This document shows, piece by piece, positions 1 to 10,144 of a DNA stretch of 32,000 nucleotides. The stretch is from an uncultured Opitutales bacterium. Lineage in GTDB: Bacteria; Verrucomicrobiota; Verrucomicrobiia; Opitutales; UBA9783. Below the pieces are notes generated by a model. The model saw only the letters and a program-made list of their open reading frames with translations. It was not told the origin of the DNA and did no database searches. The stretch covers positions 570,001 through 602,000 of the forward strand of contig CAKUSQ010000001.1 in assembly GCA_934691225.1 (NCBI GenBank), written 5' to 3'. Position 1 is the first letter of the stretch; every line of letters starts with the position of its first letter. Both the position numbers and the translations under genes were made by a program.

Positions 1-35
1 AAATTTTTGGAACACGTGTGTTGTTTTACGTTGAT

Positions 36-62
36 TAGCAATGCATAATTTATGCATTGCTA
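36..62. terminator. Perfect 12-bp stem-loop between the left window edge and the tpiA stop; candidate intrinsic or bidirectional terminator
   Basis: TAGCAATGCATA (36-47), loop att, TATGCATTGCTA (51-62), read directly. On the + strand it is followed by CCTTTATTTTT, so it would fit a + strand gene lying left of the window. On the - strand it sits 3 nt after the tpiA stop but has no U-run. Confidence 0.45.
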
Positions 63-65
63 CCT

Positions 66-827
66 TTATTTTTGGATGTTATCAGCGATTTCAGCGATTT
101 CAACGAATGATTTTGGAGCTAAAGAAGCACCTCCAATAAGGCCGCCGTCGATATCAGGTTGCATGAGTAATTCCTTTGCATTGCTAGCTTTTAGAGATCC
201 TCCATACAACAAACGTATTTGCTGAGCTGTCTTGCTACCAAAGGTTTGTTCAAGCCACGAACGAATGAATTTATGAATTTCTTGAGCAAGTTCTGGAGTA
301 GCTGTTTTCCCGGTTCCAATAGCCCAAATAGGTTCATAAGCGATTGTTACATTTATCATTTGCTCATGGGACAAAGATTTCAATGAAAGTTCTAGTTCTT
401 CGCGAATGACATCGTGTGTACGTTGTTGATCTCTTTGTTCAAGCGTTTCTCCAACACATAAAATAGGTTTTAAGTGTTGTTGGAGCAGTGCATGGATTTT
501 TTCATTTATGAATGCATTGCTTTCGTTCAATAAAGTTCTGCGTTCACTGTGCCCAACAATAACGTAAGATACAAATTCTGCTAACATTTCAGGTGAAATT
601 TCGCCTGTAAAAGCCCCTGATATTTTCGGGTATACATTTTGAGCGCCGAGTGCAATACAGCTTTTATTGGTATTGAAAGCGATTGGTAAGGATGTGAATG
701 TTGGACAAATAAGCAGTTCACTTTTTAAAGGGTGCGATAGCAAAGATTTTAATTGCTCAAAGAAAAGTTTTGTTTCCTGAGCAGTTTTGTTCATTTTCCA
801 ATTTCCTGCGATTAAAAAACGTCTCAT
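66..827 (-). CDS. tpiA: Triosephosphate isomerase
   Basis: 253 aa with the TIM motifs AGNWKMN, VGHSERR, AYEPIWAIGTGK and LYGGS. The start overlaps the pgk stop (TAATG). Confidence 0.95.
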   Translation of the reverse strand: MRRFLIAGNWKMNKTAQETKLFFEQLKSLLSHPLKSELLICPTFTSLPIAFNTNKSCIALGAQNVYPKISGAFTGEISPEMLAEFVSYVIVGHSERRTLLNESNAFINEKIHALLQQHLKPILCVGETLEQRDQQRTHDVIREELELSLKSLSHEQMINVTIAYEPIWAIGTGKTATPELAQEIHKFIRSWLEQTFGSKTAQQIRLLYGGSLKASNAKELLMQPDIDGGLIGGASLAPKSFVEIAEIADNIQK

Positions 828-2035
828 TATTTCTCCTGTTTAAATTTTAATGCTTCTAGTCCAGGCAAAGGTTTGCCTTCTAACAATTGTAAACTGGCGC
901 CTCCACCAGTACTTAAGAAGGTGATATCCTTTGAGTAACCACTTTGATGAATGGCTTTAACGCAATCACCTCCACCAACGATAGTTGTGCCTTCGCACGC
1001 AGCCATGGCGTTAGCAATAGTATAACTTCCTTGCGCTGAGGCTTCAATTTCGAAGATGCCGACAGGGCCATTCCAGAGTACTGTTTTAGAAGAACGGATC
1101 AATTGAACATATTTTTCAGCTGTTTTAGGTCCAATGTCTACACCTTCCCAGCCATCATCAATGTTCCCTTCAAAAACTTTTAATTCGCCTAAGGTTCGTT
1201 GATCGAAATCAATAGCGTTTGTGGCTACATTATCAATAGGAAGTTGTAAATCAACGCCTTTGTTTTTTGCTTTTTCAAGCAATTGCTTGGCTAATTCTAT
1301 GTGGTCAGGTTCAACGCGGCTTTGCCCGACGGTTCTTCCTTGAGCTAATGCAAATGTGTAAGCCATTGCACCACCGATAAGAATGTGATCTGCTTTATCG
1401 ATGATAGCGTCTATAACCCCCATTTTGTCACTGATTTTAGCGCCTCCAAGCACAACACAGAAAGGACGTTCAGGATGGTCAACTTTTTCACACAAAAATT
1501 CGAGTTCTTTTTCAATTAAAAATCCAACCGCTTTTTCTGCTACGAAAGGGACCATGCCTGCGGTTGATGCATGAGCTCGATGTGCTGTTCCAAAAGCATC
1601 GTTAACATAAACGTCAGCTAATTTAGCAAGCGCTTTTGAAAATTCAATTTCATTGGCTTCTTCTTCCGCATGAAATCGCAAGTTTTCAAGTAAAACAATA
1701 GAATTTTCTGCCATTTCTTGAATGGAAGTTTCAACTTCTTGACCTACACAATCATCTAGAAATACGATAGGTTGATTGAGTAAAGTAGCTAAGGTTTCTG
1801 CTACCGGTCGCAAACTATACTTTTCGTTACGTTGTCCTTTGGGGCGTCCTAGGTGACTTGCAAGGATTACTTTAGCTCCTTTTTCTAATAAGTAGCGCAG
1901 GGTAGGTAATGCAGCTACAATACGTGTATCATCAGCAACATTTCCTTTTTCATTTAAAGGGACATTAAAATCCACGCGTACAAAGACACGTTTCCCTTCA
2001 ACATTTATATCCTTAATCGATTTGATCCCATTCAT
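827..2035 (-). CDS. pgk: Phosphoglycerate kinase
   Basis: 402 aa with VRVDFNVP, SHLGRPKG, NDAFGTAHRAHAST and STGGGAS motifs. Full-length PGK architecture. Confidence 0.95.
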   Translation of the reverse strand: MNGIKSIKDINVEGKRVFVRVDFNVPLNEKGNVADDTRIVAALPTLRYLLEKGAKVILASHLGRPKGQRNEKYSLRPVAETLATLLNQPIVFLDDCVGQEVETSIQEMAENSIVLLENLRFHAEEEANEIEFSKALAKLADVYVNDAFGTAHRAHASTAGMVPFVAEKAVGFLIEKELEFLCEKVDHPERPFCVVLGGAKISDKMGVIDAIIDKADHILIGGAMAYTFALAQGRTVGQSRVEPDHIELAKQLLEKAKNKGVDLQLPIDNVATNAIDFDQRTLGELKVFEGNIDDGWEGVDIGPKTAEKYVQLIRSSKTVLWNGPVGIFEIEASAQGSYTIANAMAACEGTTIVGGGDCVKAIHQSGYSKDITFLSTGGGASLQLLEGKPLPGLEALKFKQEK

Positions 2036-2138
2036 GTTTATAGGTTACGCTATTTAGCCAATAAAGTGAAGTTATTTTTTGTTTCTTTTTTATAATGAAA
2101 AGATGTTTTTGTAGAAAAGAGAGGGTTTAAGATTTGTT

Positions 2139-3173
2139 TTATTTGAAAAAACGTACGAGTGATTCCATCCATGCACAGGATTTTTGGGGATAAGTTAGGA
2201 TTTTATCGAAAATATCTATAAAACTACATTGCAATTCTAGAAGTGTTTGAAGCGAAAACGGGATATTTAATCGACTCAAGTACCATGGGTTTTGGGAAAA
2301 AACACAAAAGGTATTTTTTTCTTGAATAGGTCCAAAAACATTTTCATAAGTACAATAATGTTCATCCAGTGTTTTTTTTGAAATAGCGGGTAGATTTAAA
2401 GCGGATAATTGTATAAGTAAACGATTTCGGTTTTGCATCATTGTAAGTACACTGCGCATTTCTTTATTGATTAAGAAATGATTGCGTAAACTTCGAATAT
2501 AACGCGTTTCATCTTTAATATAGAAGGCTTCAACTGGTTCAAAAAATTCATCGTTAGGTAATGTAGGTGTGTATTTTGTAACATCTTCTAAGCTTATTTC
2601 CCCTGTAAAGTTCTTTAAACACGCTAATTTTTCGAATTCATTAGCAATGGTACGAGGTTGATGATTTAGTTTTTGTGTTAATAAATTGATTGCGGCTGGT
2701 TGAATTGTAACCCCTTGTTCTTGGCATAGTTTTTTTATTAAGAATTGCAAATAACTGTCAAAATTTTTATCCTCAAGTTCTTCGCAAATGGCTAAGCTTT
2801 GGAAATTTTTGAATAAACGTGTACGTTTGTCTACGGAAGTAGCCGAAATAAAGAGATGTACGTCGTTAGATAATTTCTCCATGGTATGGAACCATGCTTC
2901 AATATAAGTTTGTCCTCCTTCTGTTAAGGCTGGACTGCCATGACTAAAAAAATTAGTGGATCGAAGCCAAACGCACTTTTGAGTGGAAAAAAAATCCATC
3001 GTTTGTAAACTCTCAGTGAGATTTTGAAGCGTACGTTTTAAATCTGCGATGGTTGTAACAGAGCCATCTATGACTTCGAGCGGTAGATTTTGGTAGGTTT
3101 TTAATTGTTTTTTTGTTTTTAAATCAACAAAAAATTCGTCTGTGCCAAAAATAAGATGAATATTGGTTTTCAT
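2139..3173 (-). CDS. holA: DNA polymerase III delta subunit (HolA-like)
   Basis: 344 aa. N-terminus of the type xxHLIFGTDEFFV, and length and helical C-terminal half are collinear with my recollection of E. coli HolA. 4-nt ATGA overlap with lpxK. Family call made by eye only. Confidence 0.65.
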   Translation of the reverse strand: MKTNIHLIFGTDEFFVDLKTKKQLKTYQNLPLEVIDGSVTTIADLKRTLQNLTESLQTMDFFSTQKCVWLRSTNFFSHGSPALTEGGQTYIEAWFHTMEKLSNDVHLFISATSVDKRTRLFKNFQSLAICEELEDKNFDSYLQFLIKKLCQEQGVTIQPAAINLLTQKLNHQPRTIANEFEKLACLKNFTGEISLEDVTKYTPTLPNDEFFEPVEAFYIKDETRYIRSLRNHFLINKEMRSVLTMMQNRNRLLIQLSALNLPAISKKTLDEHYCTYENVFGPIQEKNTFCVFSQNPWYLSRLNIPFSLQTLLELQCSFIDIFDKILTYPQKSCAWMESLVRFFK

Positions 3174-4357
3174 GGGGCTTCGTTAGCTAATTTTTTCAAC
3201 ATGTTCTCAACCGAATTGGCATTATCAACCCATTCAATTTCCATTCTCAGAAAGTAAAATGGAATATCAAAAGTTTTTTGAGATGAAATACGAACAGCAT
3301 CTTTTTCGGTGGTTATTACGTAGTCAGTTTGAAACCTTTTTGCATTTTCAAAAAATTCGTGTAAATCCGAGTCTGTATAGCGATGATGATCCAAAAAATG
3401 TTCTTTAAAAACAATTTTAGCACCGGCATCTGTTAGAAATTTTTCAAATGATTTTGGAGAAGCAATGCCACTGAGTGCAGCGACTTTAAGTCCGCGCAAA
3501 CTTGATAACGGTATCTGAGTTCCTGTAGAAAGAGATTGTAGATATTTGGGCGTATGAATGCACGATAAGATAGGCGCTTTTTTGTTGTATCGTCGGATTA
3601 ATCGTTTTAAAGCTCGCAATCGTTCCGTAGGTATTTGATCGGTTTTTGTTAGAAAGATGAATTGCGCTCGATGCATGTGGTTCAAAGGTTCTCTTAAAAT
3701 ACCACGAGGGAGCACAGAACCATTGCCGAATGGATTAGTAGCATCAATAAGAAGAATGTAAAATGTACCTTTAAGTTGGAAGTATTGATACCCATCGTCT
3801 AGAACAAGCGTGTCGCAATTTAAGTTTTTGATGGAGAATTGGCCGGCTTTTACGCGATCTTTGTCAACAACAACGCAGACATTGGGTAAGTTTTTTGCTA
3901 AAAGTAGTGGTTCATCGCCAGCAATTTCGTACGGTAACAAACACTGCTGTCCATTGCTAACGACTTTAGGTAAGCAAGGTTCAGCATGCAAGAGCCAATG
4001 CCACCATTTTTTGAAAAAGCTTTCTTTTTTGCTTTTATAACCTCGACTGAGAATAGCGACCTTACGTCCACGTGCTTGTAAGGCTTTAGCTAATTTTTCA
4101 ACAATAGGGGTTTTACCGGTACCACCAACGGTTAAGTTTCCAACAACAATAACAATGCAGCCTAAATGTTGCCCACGCAAAAAACGCTTACGATAAGCTT
4201 GTTCCCTTAAGCAAACAGCTCCATAAAAAGGGAACGAAAGTACTTTGAATAAGGATCCTAAACGACGTGCTTTAGTGTCATGTCTTCGATTATAAATGAC
4301 ATCTTTTACACAATTTTCGCAAGAACGCAGGATCCGTTTAATGATTCGACAATGCAT
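3170..4357 (-). CDS. lpxK: Tetraacyldisaccharide 4'-kinase (lipid A biosynthesis)
   Basis: 395 aa. P-loop [39 protein letters not shown] and TEKDAVR blocks are collinear with E. coli LpxK. The true start could be an internal Met. Confidence 0.9.
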   Translation of the reverse strand: MHCRIIKRILRSCENCVKDVIYNRRHDTKARRLGSLFKVLSFPFYGAVCLREQAYRKRFLRGQHLGCIVIVVGNLTVGGTGKTPIVEKLAKALQARGRKVAILSRGYKSKKESFFKKWWHWLLHAEPCLPKVVSNGQQCLLPYEIAGDEPLLLAKNLPNVCVVVDKDRVKAGQFSIKNLNCDTLVLDDGYQYFQLKGTFYILLIDATNPFGNGSVLPRGILREPLNHMHRAQFIFLTKTDQIPTERLRALKRLIRRYNKKAPILSCIHTPKYLQSLSTGTQIPLSSLRGLKVAALSGIASPKSFEKFLTDAGAKIVFKEHFLDHHRYTDSDLHEFFENAKRFQTDYVITTEKDAVRISSQKTFDIPFYFLRMEIEWVDNANSVENMLKKLANEAP

Positions 4358-4872
4358 TAACGTAAGACGATATCACACCGACGATCCTTTACAGAATCTG
4401 TTTTGCTTAAGTCAGGAGTTGCATATCGACTACCCATGGAGATTGTTTCCAATTGAGATTTTTGCACACCTAAACTTTGAAGAAAATTTGTAACAGATTC
4501 TGCTCTTCTTTGGCCCAATTTATCGTTATAATCTGCGGCACCTCGCCAATCACTATGACCTACAATAAGCGCTTGTTTTTCTTTTTGAGCATTGAGGACA
4601 TCAGCTACTTTTTCTTCCAATTGAGCTTTATCGCGTTCAGATAAATCGTTGCTATCGAAAGCAAAGAAAATTTTTGCTATAACATCTTTGTCATCGTACA
4701 AATCATCGTAGAATTTCTTTGTTTCAACCAATGTGTTTTCTTCTACCATCTCAGATGTAGGTATTTTGTAAACATTTTCGATGATCGTTTCTTCTATTTG
4801 TGGGTTGGGTTTAGGAGCTGTTTTAAAACAACCAGACAAACAAAGACATAAAAGATATAAGCAAAATTTCAT
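4357..4872 (-). CDS. pal: OmpA-domain peptidoglycan-associated lipoprotein (Pal-like)
   Basis: 171 aa. Signal peptide with lipobox LSGC. C-terminal OmpA-like block GHSDWRGAADYNDKLGQRRA. No tolB is adjacent, so the Pal assignment rests on architecture only. Confidence 0.7.
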   Translation of the reverse strand: MKFCLYLLCLCLSGCFKTAPKPNPQIEETIIENVYKIPTSEMVEENTLVETKKFYDDLYDDKDVIAKIFFAFDSNDLSERDKAQLEEKVADVLNAQKEKQALIVGHSDWRGAADYNDKLGQRRAESVTNFLQSLGVQKSQLETISMGSRYATPDLSKTDSVKDRRCDIVLR

Positions 4873-4903
4873 AACATTAATGTAAGCGTTTTATGAGGAT
4901 ATT

Positions 4904-6508
4904 TCAAGCGTTTTTAGACTTTTTTAAACATGCTTTAATAAAGCCTGTAAAAAGTGGATGAGGTTGATGTGGTTTTGATTTAAATTCTGGATGGAATTGT
5001 ACACCGATAAACCAAGGATGGCTTGGGATTTCAATCGCTTCTACTAAATGTGATACAGGATGACGTCCAACAAGTAACATGCCGTTGTTTTCGAATTCAG
5101 AAATGTACGCGTTATTAAATTCATAACGGTGTCGATGACGTTCAGAAATTTGTGTTTGTTGATAAGTTTTGTGAATCAGACTGTTAGGTTTTAAGCAACA
5201 ATCAGCAGCACCTAAACGCATGGTTGCACCTTTGCCGTGCGCTTGTTTTTGTTCTTCCATTAAAGCGACAACTGGGTAGTTAGTTTGCGGATCCATTTCA
5301 GTACTGTTCGCTTGGGTATGACCTAAAACATGGCGTGCAAACTCAATAACGGCTAGTTGCATTCCTAGACAAATTCCAAAATAAGGGATATTGTTTTCTC
5401 TAGCGTAACGTATGGCCAATATTTTACCTTCAATACCTCGTTGGCCAAAACCACCTGGAACCAAGATACCATCGAGGCCTTTGAGAAGAGATAAATCCCG
5501 TGAGGTTTCTAATTGTTCTGCATCAATGGTTTTGACATTCAAATGGCAATCATTGGCGATGCTACCATGAATTAAAGCTTCGTATATAGATTTGTAGGCA
5601 TCCTTTAAGTCAGTGTATTTACCGATAACGCCAATTGTAACGTTATGTTTAGGCGTAGCGATACACTTTACAATAGATTCCCATTCAGTAAGTGGTTTAT
5701 CGATATAGGGGAGCCCCAAACGTGATAATACAAGCGTATCTAGATGTTCTTTATGGAGACAAAGAGGAAGCTCATAGATGGATGTAGTCACATCTTGTTC
5801 TTCGATGACAGCTGAAGCAGGAACATTGCAGTATAAGCTTAATTTTTCACGAATAGATTCGTCCATAGGGACTTCAGTTCGGCAAACTAAAATGTCAGGT
5901 TGAATGCCGATTTCTCGTAATTTAGCTACACTTTGTTGTGAAGGTTTACTTTTGAGTTCTGCAGAAGCCTTAAGGTAAGGCAATAGGGTCACATGTAAGA
6001 AAAGGATGTTTTCTCGGCCCAATTCTTGAGATATTTGACGTAAAGCTTCTAAGAAAGGGAGACTTTCGATATCACCGACAACACCTCCGATCTCAGTAAT
6101 AAGAATATCGGTATCAGGTGTGTATGCAGAATAGATGCGATGTTTGATTTCATCGGTGACATGTGGAATAACCTGTACAGTTTTGCCTAAATAATCACCA
6201 TTGCGTTCTTTTTTTAGAATAGTTTCGTAAATTTGTCCAGCAGAGACGCTATTTTTACGCGAAAGTTTTGCGTGAGAGAATCTTTCATAATGGCCTAGAT
6301 CCAAATCTGTTTCAGCGCCATCATCTAACACGTAAACTTCACCATGTTGATGAGGATTCATGGTTCCTGGATCTACATTTAAGTAAGGGTCCATTTTTTG
6401 GAAACCTACTTTTAATCCTTGGTTTTCTAGTAAAACACCTAGAGAAGCTGCTGTTAAGCCTTTCCCTAGCGACGATACTACGCCTCCTGTTATAAAAATT
6501 AATTTCAT
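4904..6508 (-). CDS. pyrG: CTP synthase
   Basis: 534 aa. N-terminal [10 protein letters not shown], glutamine amidotransferase GICLGMQ, and HRHRYE near the C-terminus. Confidence 0.95.
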   Translation of the reverse strand: MKLIFITGGVVSSLGKGLTAASLGVLLENQGLKVGFQKMDPYLNVDPGTMNPHQHGEVYVLDDGAETDLDLGHYERFSHAKLSRKNSVSAGQIYETILKKERNGDYLGKTVQVIPHVTDEIKHRIYSAYTPDTDILITEIGGVVGDIESLPFLEALRQISQELGRENILFLHVTLLPYLKASAELKSKPSQQSVAKLREIGIQPDILVCRTEVPMDESIREKLSLYCNVPASAVIEEQDVTTSIYELPLCLHKEHLDTLVLSRLGLPYIDKPLTEWESIVKCIATPKHNVTIGVIGKYTDLKDAYKSIYEALIHGSIANDCHLNVKTIDAEQLETSRDLSLLKGLDGILVPGGFGQRGIEGKILAIRYARENNIPYFGICLGMQLAVIEFARHVLGHTQANSTEMDPQTNYPVVALMEEQKQAHGKGATMRLGAADCCLKPNSLIHKTYQQTQISERHRHRYEFNNAYISEFENNGMLLVGRHPVSHLVEAIEIPSHPWFIGVQFHPEFKSKPHQPHPLFTGFIKACLKKSKNA

Positions 6509-6655
6509 GACGTCTTTGTTATAAGGGGTATAAAAAACATTTATTGTGAAAAGTGCAAGTTTGTAAGTAAGGGTTTTGTTTTTTGTTAAAAAATGATTGA
6601 CTTGTGACGATTTTTAATAAAAATAATGCGATTTAATAATAACGTAAGGAGTTGC

Positions 6656-9031
6656 ATGATAGATTTATTTAAATCGAGTGTAAAAAGTATTCTATTTGGT
6701 GCAGGGGTTTTAGGTTGTGCCCATGCTGCATTAACTACAGATGATATTGTAAATTTGCTAAATTTACAAAATCCTGGTATTGGTGGGGCGCCAAACGTGC
6801 CGCCTCCCCCAAATATAGCTGGAGTTGGAAATGTTCCATTTCCAAAATTAAAGAAAATTATTGAAAGTAATACGTCTAGAGGAAACGAGAGGGAAGAACT
6901 GTTTAATTTGTTAAGGTTGATTGATAAAATGTATAACTTCCCAGGGGCAACATTTTCAATGGGAGGTAAAAATTATCCTTATACAAATTCTAAAGATGTT
7001 GAATATATTAAATCGATAGAAGATAAAAATGAATCTGATCCAACAATACACGAGCTGGCAAAGAGTCGCAAAAATTTAGAAGATCTAATTAATGGCATTA
7101 GTCTTTCAAAGATGCCTCACAGTGTAGATGTTGGTACGGTAATGAATTTTTTTGATGATCAAGGAAAGGGACCTTTGGCATTTTTGTATAAACTTAATGA
7201 TCCTCTTATGCCTGAAGAGATTGGAAGAGGCATTAACAGAATTATTGATAAAATAAAACAAGGTGAAGATAAATATAGAGAAGCTGTTTTGAAATATAAT
7301 CAAGATATAAAAGAAAGAAATGATTTAAAAAATTTACGACCATATAATCTTAACGTAAGTGAGCATACATTGTTAAATAAGGTTAAGGAACTTGAAAATA
7401 TAGTTGCGGTTACTGACAGGAAAAATATTGAAGGAGTATTGGCCAAGTTTTTTGGCAAGCTTAGCATGTTAAACAAAGAGCAATCGGTTGCATATGAGGA
7501 AACGAACAAAAGAGTGACTGAGTTACAGGAACAAAAGAGAAAGATCGATGCTCAAATTAAAAGTTTTTATACGGTTACGAATCCTATGGAAGGTATGTCA
7601 AATAGCCAGAAGCTTATATATGAATTACAACATCAAGCAGAAATAAAAGAATATCAAGCAAGAAAGAAGCAAGAACAAGAAGCATTAGAAAATAGGACTG
7701 ATTTTAAGGACTTAACTAGTAAGTTACAATTTTTAACAGAAGATATCGCTGAATGCAATAGAACTCTAGATGTTTTTAAAAAACAGATAGTTGGTAAAAG
7801 TGAGGTATATAAAGAAATAAGAACGTTGGGTGAGAAGTATCCTTTGAACTACAGTAAAGCGGTGGCGACTATTTTAAATCAGCCAGTGCAAGATATTAAA
7901 ATAGAAGAACCAACAATTTCTGAGGATGCTCCTTCAAGTTCTGCTACTAAGCCTGAAGCCAAGCCAGAGGCTAAAAAAGCACCTGCTAAGCCTAAATCAC
8001 ACCCTTTGGGGAAAAGTGTAGCAACAACTAAGACAGAAAAAGCTGATGTTGAAGTAGATGTAAAGGCGATGTTGAACAAAACTGAGCCAAAAAAGAAAGA
8101 ACTAACTGAGGAAGAAAGATTAAAACAAGAAAATGTTGATTTACGAAGACAATTAGCAGATAAAATGAGGGAAAATTCAGGAAAAATTTCCTCAATAAGA
8201 GAAGAATTAGCGAGGGATTACCAAAAAGCTAATATGGGTTATATGATTGAGCTTGAAAAAAGTCAAAAAACTCTAAATGAGATAAAAAATCAACTTCAAC
8301 TGAAAGATGAGACAATCGAAAGATTGAAAAGACAATTAGGTGAATTGCAAAACCGTAATGCGGGTGCATTGAAAAATAATGAAAATAATAATAACAATGC
8401 AGCGTTAGAAAATCTTGAAAAACTTAACAATGCATTAAAAGATCGTAACAGTGCATTAGAACGTGATTTAGCTGCTGAGCGTGCTAAAAATGCTAACAGT
8501 GAACAAAATACGAAAGAAGTCGTAAAAGAACGTATTGTTCGTAGAGGCGGTACAACAACGGTGATTGAAGATACGGAAAGAATAGATGCCTTGACTAAAG
8601 ATATTGAAGCTCGAAATGCTCAATTGAGTCAGCAACAAAGTGCATTGGATTCAAAAGATGCTCAAATCCGTCAATTGCAGCAACGTAATCAACAATTACA
8701 GAACCAATTAAACGCTCAGGAAGATAATAAGCAAAGCCCAGCTTCAAACGAACCGAGTGTTAATGAGGATAATCTGAAATTGCAACGTCAGCAATTGGAA
8801 GAAATGGCCGCAGAGCTTGAAAATAAGCAAAATGAGCTTAAGGATCGCGAAGCCGAAGTTTCTAAACGTGAACAAACGGTAAATCAGATGCAGCAAACAA
8901 CAAACAATGTTTTGCAGATGTTGAATAGACAAAACAATGAAGCATCTCAGAATGTAAATGCTGGTCAAAATGAAGCAACAAAGAAAGGTGATGTTGAAAT
9001 GATGCCACAACAAGTTAAGTTGGGTGCATAA
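6656..9031 (+). CDS. Large exported coiled-coil protein, function unknown
   Basis: The ORF track starts at 6626. The in-frame ATG at 6656 has AAGGAG (6646-6651) 4 nt upstream, so it is preferred. N-terminal hydrophobic segment SILFGAGVLGCAHAA (AHA-A cleavage site or VLGC lipobox-like). Polyproline patch NVPPPPNIAG. Linker KPEAKPEAKKAPAKPK. C-terminal ~330 aa are heptad-like and rich in Q/N/E/K/L. Confidence 0.75.
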   Translation: MIDLFKSSVKSILFGAGVLGCAHAALTTDDIVNLLNLQNPGIGGAPNVPPPPNIAGVGNVPFPKLKKIIESNTSRGNEREELFNLLRLIDKMYNFPGATFSMGGKNYPYTNSKDVEYIKSIEDKNESDPTIHELAKSRKNLEDLINGISLSKMPHSVDVGTVMNFFDDQGKGPLAFLYKLNDPLMPEEIGRGINRIIDKIKQGEDKYREAVLKYNQDIKERNDLKNLRPYNLNVSEHTLLNKVKELENIVAVTDRKNIEGVLAKFFGKLSMLNKEQSVAYEETNKRVTELQEQKRKIDAQIKSFYTVTNPMEGMSNSQKLIYELQHQAEIKEYQARKKQEQEALENRTDFKDLTSKLQFLTEDIAECNRTLDVFKKQIVGKSEVYKEIRTLGEKYPLNYSKAVATILNQPVQDIKIEEPTISEDAPSSSATKPEAKPEAKKAPAKPKSHPLGKSVATTKTEKADVEVDVKAMLNKTEPKKKELTEEERLKQENVDLRRQLADKMRENSGKISSIREELARDYQKANMGYMIELEKSQKTLNEIKNQLQLKDETIERLKRQLGELQNRNAGALKNNENNNNNAALENLEKLNNALKDRNSALERDLAAERAKNANSEQNTKEVVKERIVRRGGTTTVIEDTERIDALTKDIEARNAQLSQQQSALDSKDAQIRQLQQRNQQLQNQLNAQEDNKQSPASNEPSVNEDNLKLQRQQLEEMAAELENKQNELKDREAEVSKREQTVNQMQQTTNNVLQMLNRQNNEASQNVNAGQNEATKKGDVEMMPQQVKLGA

Positions 9032-9062
9032 TAAAAAATAATTATCATCTTTAAATAAAAAT

Positions 9063-9095
9063 AGAGAGATCAATGCGATCTCTCTGTTTGTTTAT
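9063..9095 (+). terminator. Rho-independent terminator of the coiled-coil gene
   Basis: AGAGAGATC (9063-9071), loop aatgc, GATCTCTCT (9077-9085), followed by GTTTGTTTAT. Confidence 0.7.
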
Positions 9096-9172
9096 AAACT
9101 ATTATAAAATTGCATAAAAAGGTTGAATTGTACGAACGATCTGCATACCATAGGAACAATTTTAAAACAGTT

Positions 9173-10144
9173 ATGGTAAGCTCTATTAAACATACGCTTG
9201 ATTTTGAAAAACCATTGGTTGCGCTCCAAGAACAGTTGTTGCAGTTAAAAAAATTGTCAGAAGACAATGGAGTTCCTATGGAGAATGAAATTGCTTCAAT
9301 AGAGCTTAGAATTAAAGAAACTAAAGAAAAAATTTATGCAAATCTAACCTCTTGGCAAAAAATAAAAATTGCACGTCATCCACAACGTCCATATGCGTTG
9401 GATTATATTTCTTACATTTTTAAGGATTTTCAAGAGTTGCATGGAGATCGACGCTTTGGGGATGATCAGGCTCTTATAGGTGGTATTGCTTACTTGGATT
9501 GTCAGCCAGTTATGATTCTAGCTCAGCAAAAAGGGCGCGATTTAAAGGAAAATATTCGAAGAAATTTTGGTTCTCCAAACCCAGAAGGTTACCGTAAAGC
9601 TCTACGTTTAATGCAAATGGCAGAAAAGTTTTCTTTGCCTGTGATTTCGTTTATTGATACGCCTGGGGCTTATCCAGGAATTGGAGCTGAAGAACGTCAC
9701 ATTGCTGAAGCTATTGCAGTTAATTTGCGAGAAATGAGCGTTTTGAAAGTGCCTGTTATCGCTGTAGTTATTGGTGAAGGGGGTTCAGGTGGAGCATTAG
9801 GAATTGGTGTTGCAGATAGAGTGTATGTTCTGGAAAATGCATATTATTCTGTTATTTCTCCAGAAGGTTGTGCCGCTATTTTATGGAAAGATCGTACGAA
9901 AGTTGCTGAGGCAGCTAATGCACTTAAGTTGTCAGCGAGCGATCTTAAGGTTTTGAAGGTTATTGACGGAATTATTGATGAACCTTTAGGTGGAGCACAT
10001 ATGGATCCTTCTGTTTGTGCGCAGTCAATTCGTGAAATGTTGAAAAAAGAATTAGATGTTTTATTAGCATTAAATGTAGATGAGCTTTTAAAACAGAGGT
10101 ATAATAAGTACAGAACGATAGGGATTTTTGAAGAAAATGACTAA
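9173..10144 (+). CDS. accA: Acetyl-CoA carboxylase carboxyltransferase alpha subunit
   Basis: FIDTPGAYPG and GEGGSGGAL motifs, collinear with E. coli AccA. The ORF track starts at 9110. The Met at 9173 (MVSSIKHTLDFEKP) aligns with the AccA N-terminus (LDFEQP), so it is preferred. Confidence 0.9.
   Translation: MVSSIKHTLDFEKPLVALQEQLLQLKKLSEDNGVPMENEIASIELRIKETKEKIYANLTSWQKIKIARHPQRPYALDYISYIFKDFQELHGDRRFGDDQALIGGIAYLDCQPVMILAQQKGRDLKENIRRNFGSPNPEGYRKALRLMQMAEKFSLPVISFIDTPGAYPGIGAEERHIAEAIAVNLREMSVLKVPVIAVVIGEGGSGGALGIGVADRVYVLENAYYSVISPEGCAAILWKDRTKVAEAANALKLSASDLKVLKVIDGIIDEPLGGAHMDPSVCAQSIREMLKKELDVLLALNVDELLKQRYNKYRTIGIFEEND

Noticed and set aside
3810-4493. Plus-strand ORFs 3810-4040 and 4296-4493
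   Set aside because: They lie antisense within lpxK and the pal-like gene, which have strong motif support. They show low-complexity composition and have no SD.
6268-6495. Plus-strand 75-aa ORF inside pyrG
   Set aside because: It is antisense to a highly conserved CTP synthase coding region.
7106-9267. Minus-strand ORFs 7106-7303, 7300-7509, 7879-8079, 8744-9073 and 9070-9267
   Set aside because: They are antisense to the coiled-coil gene, its terminator and the accA 5' region. Long stop-free antisense frames are expected in this biased, repetitive codon composition.
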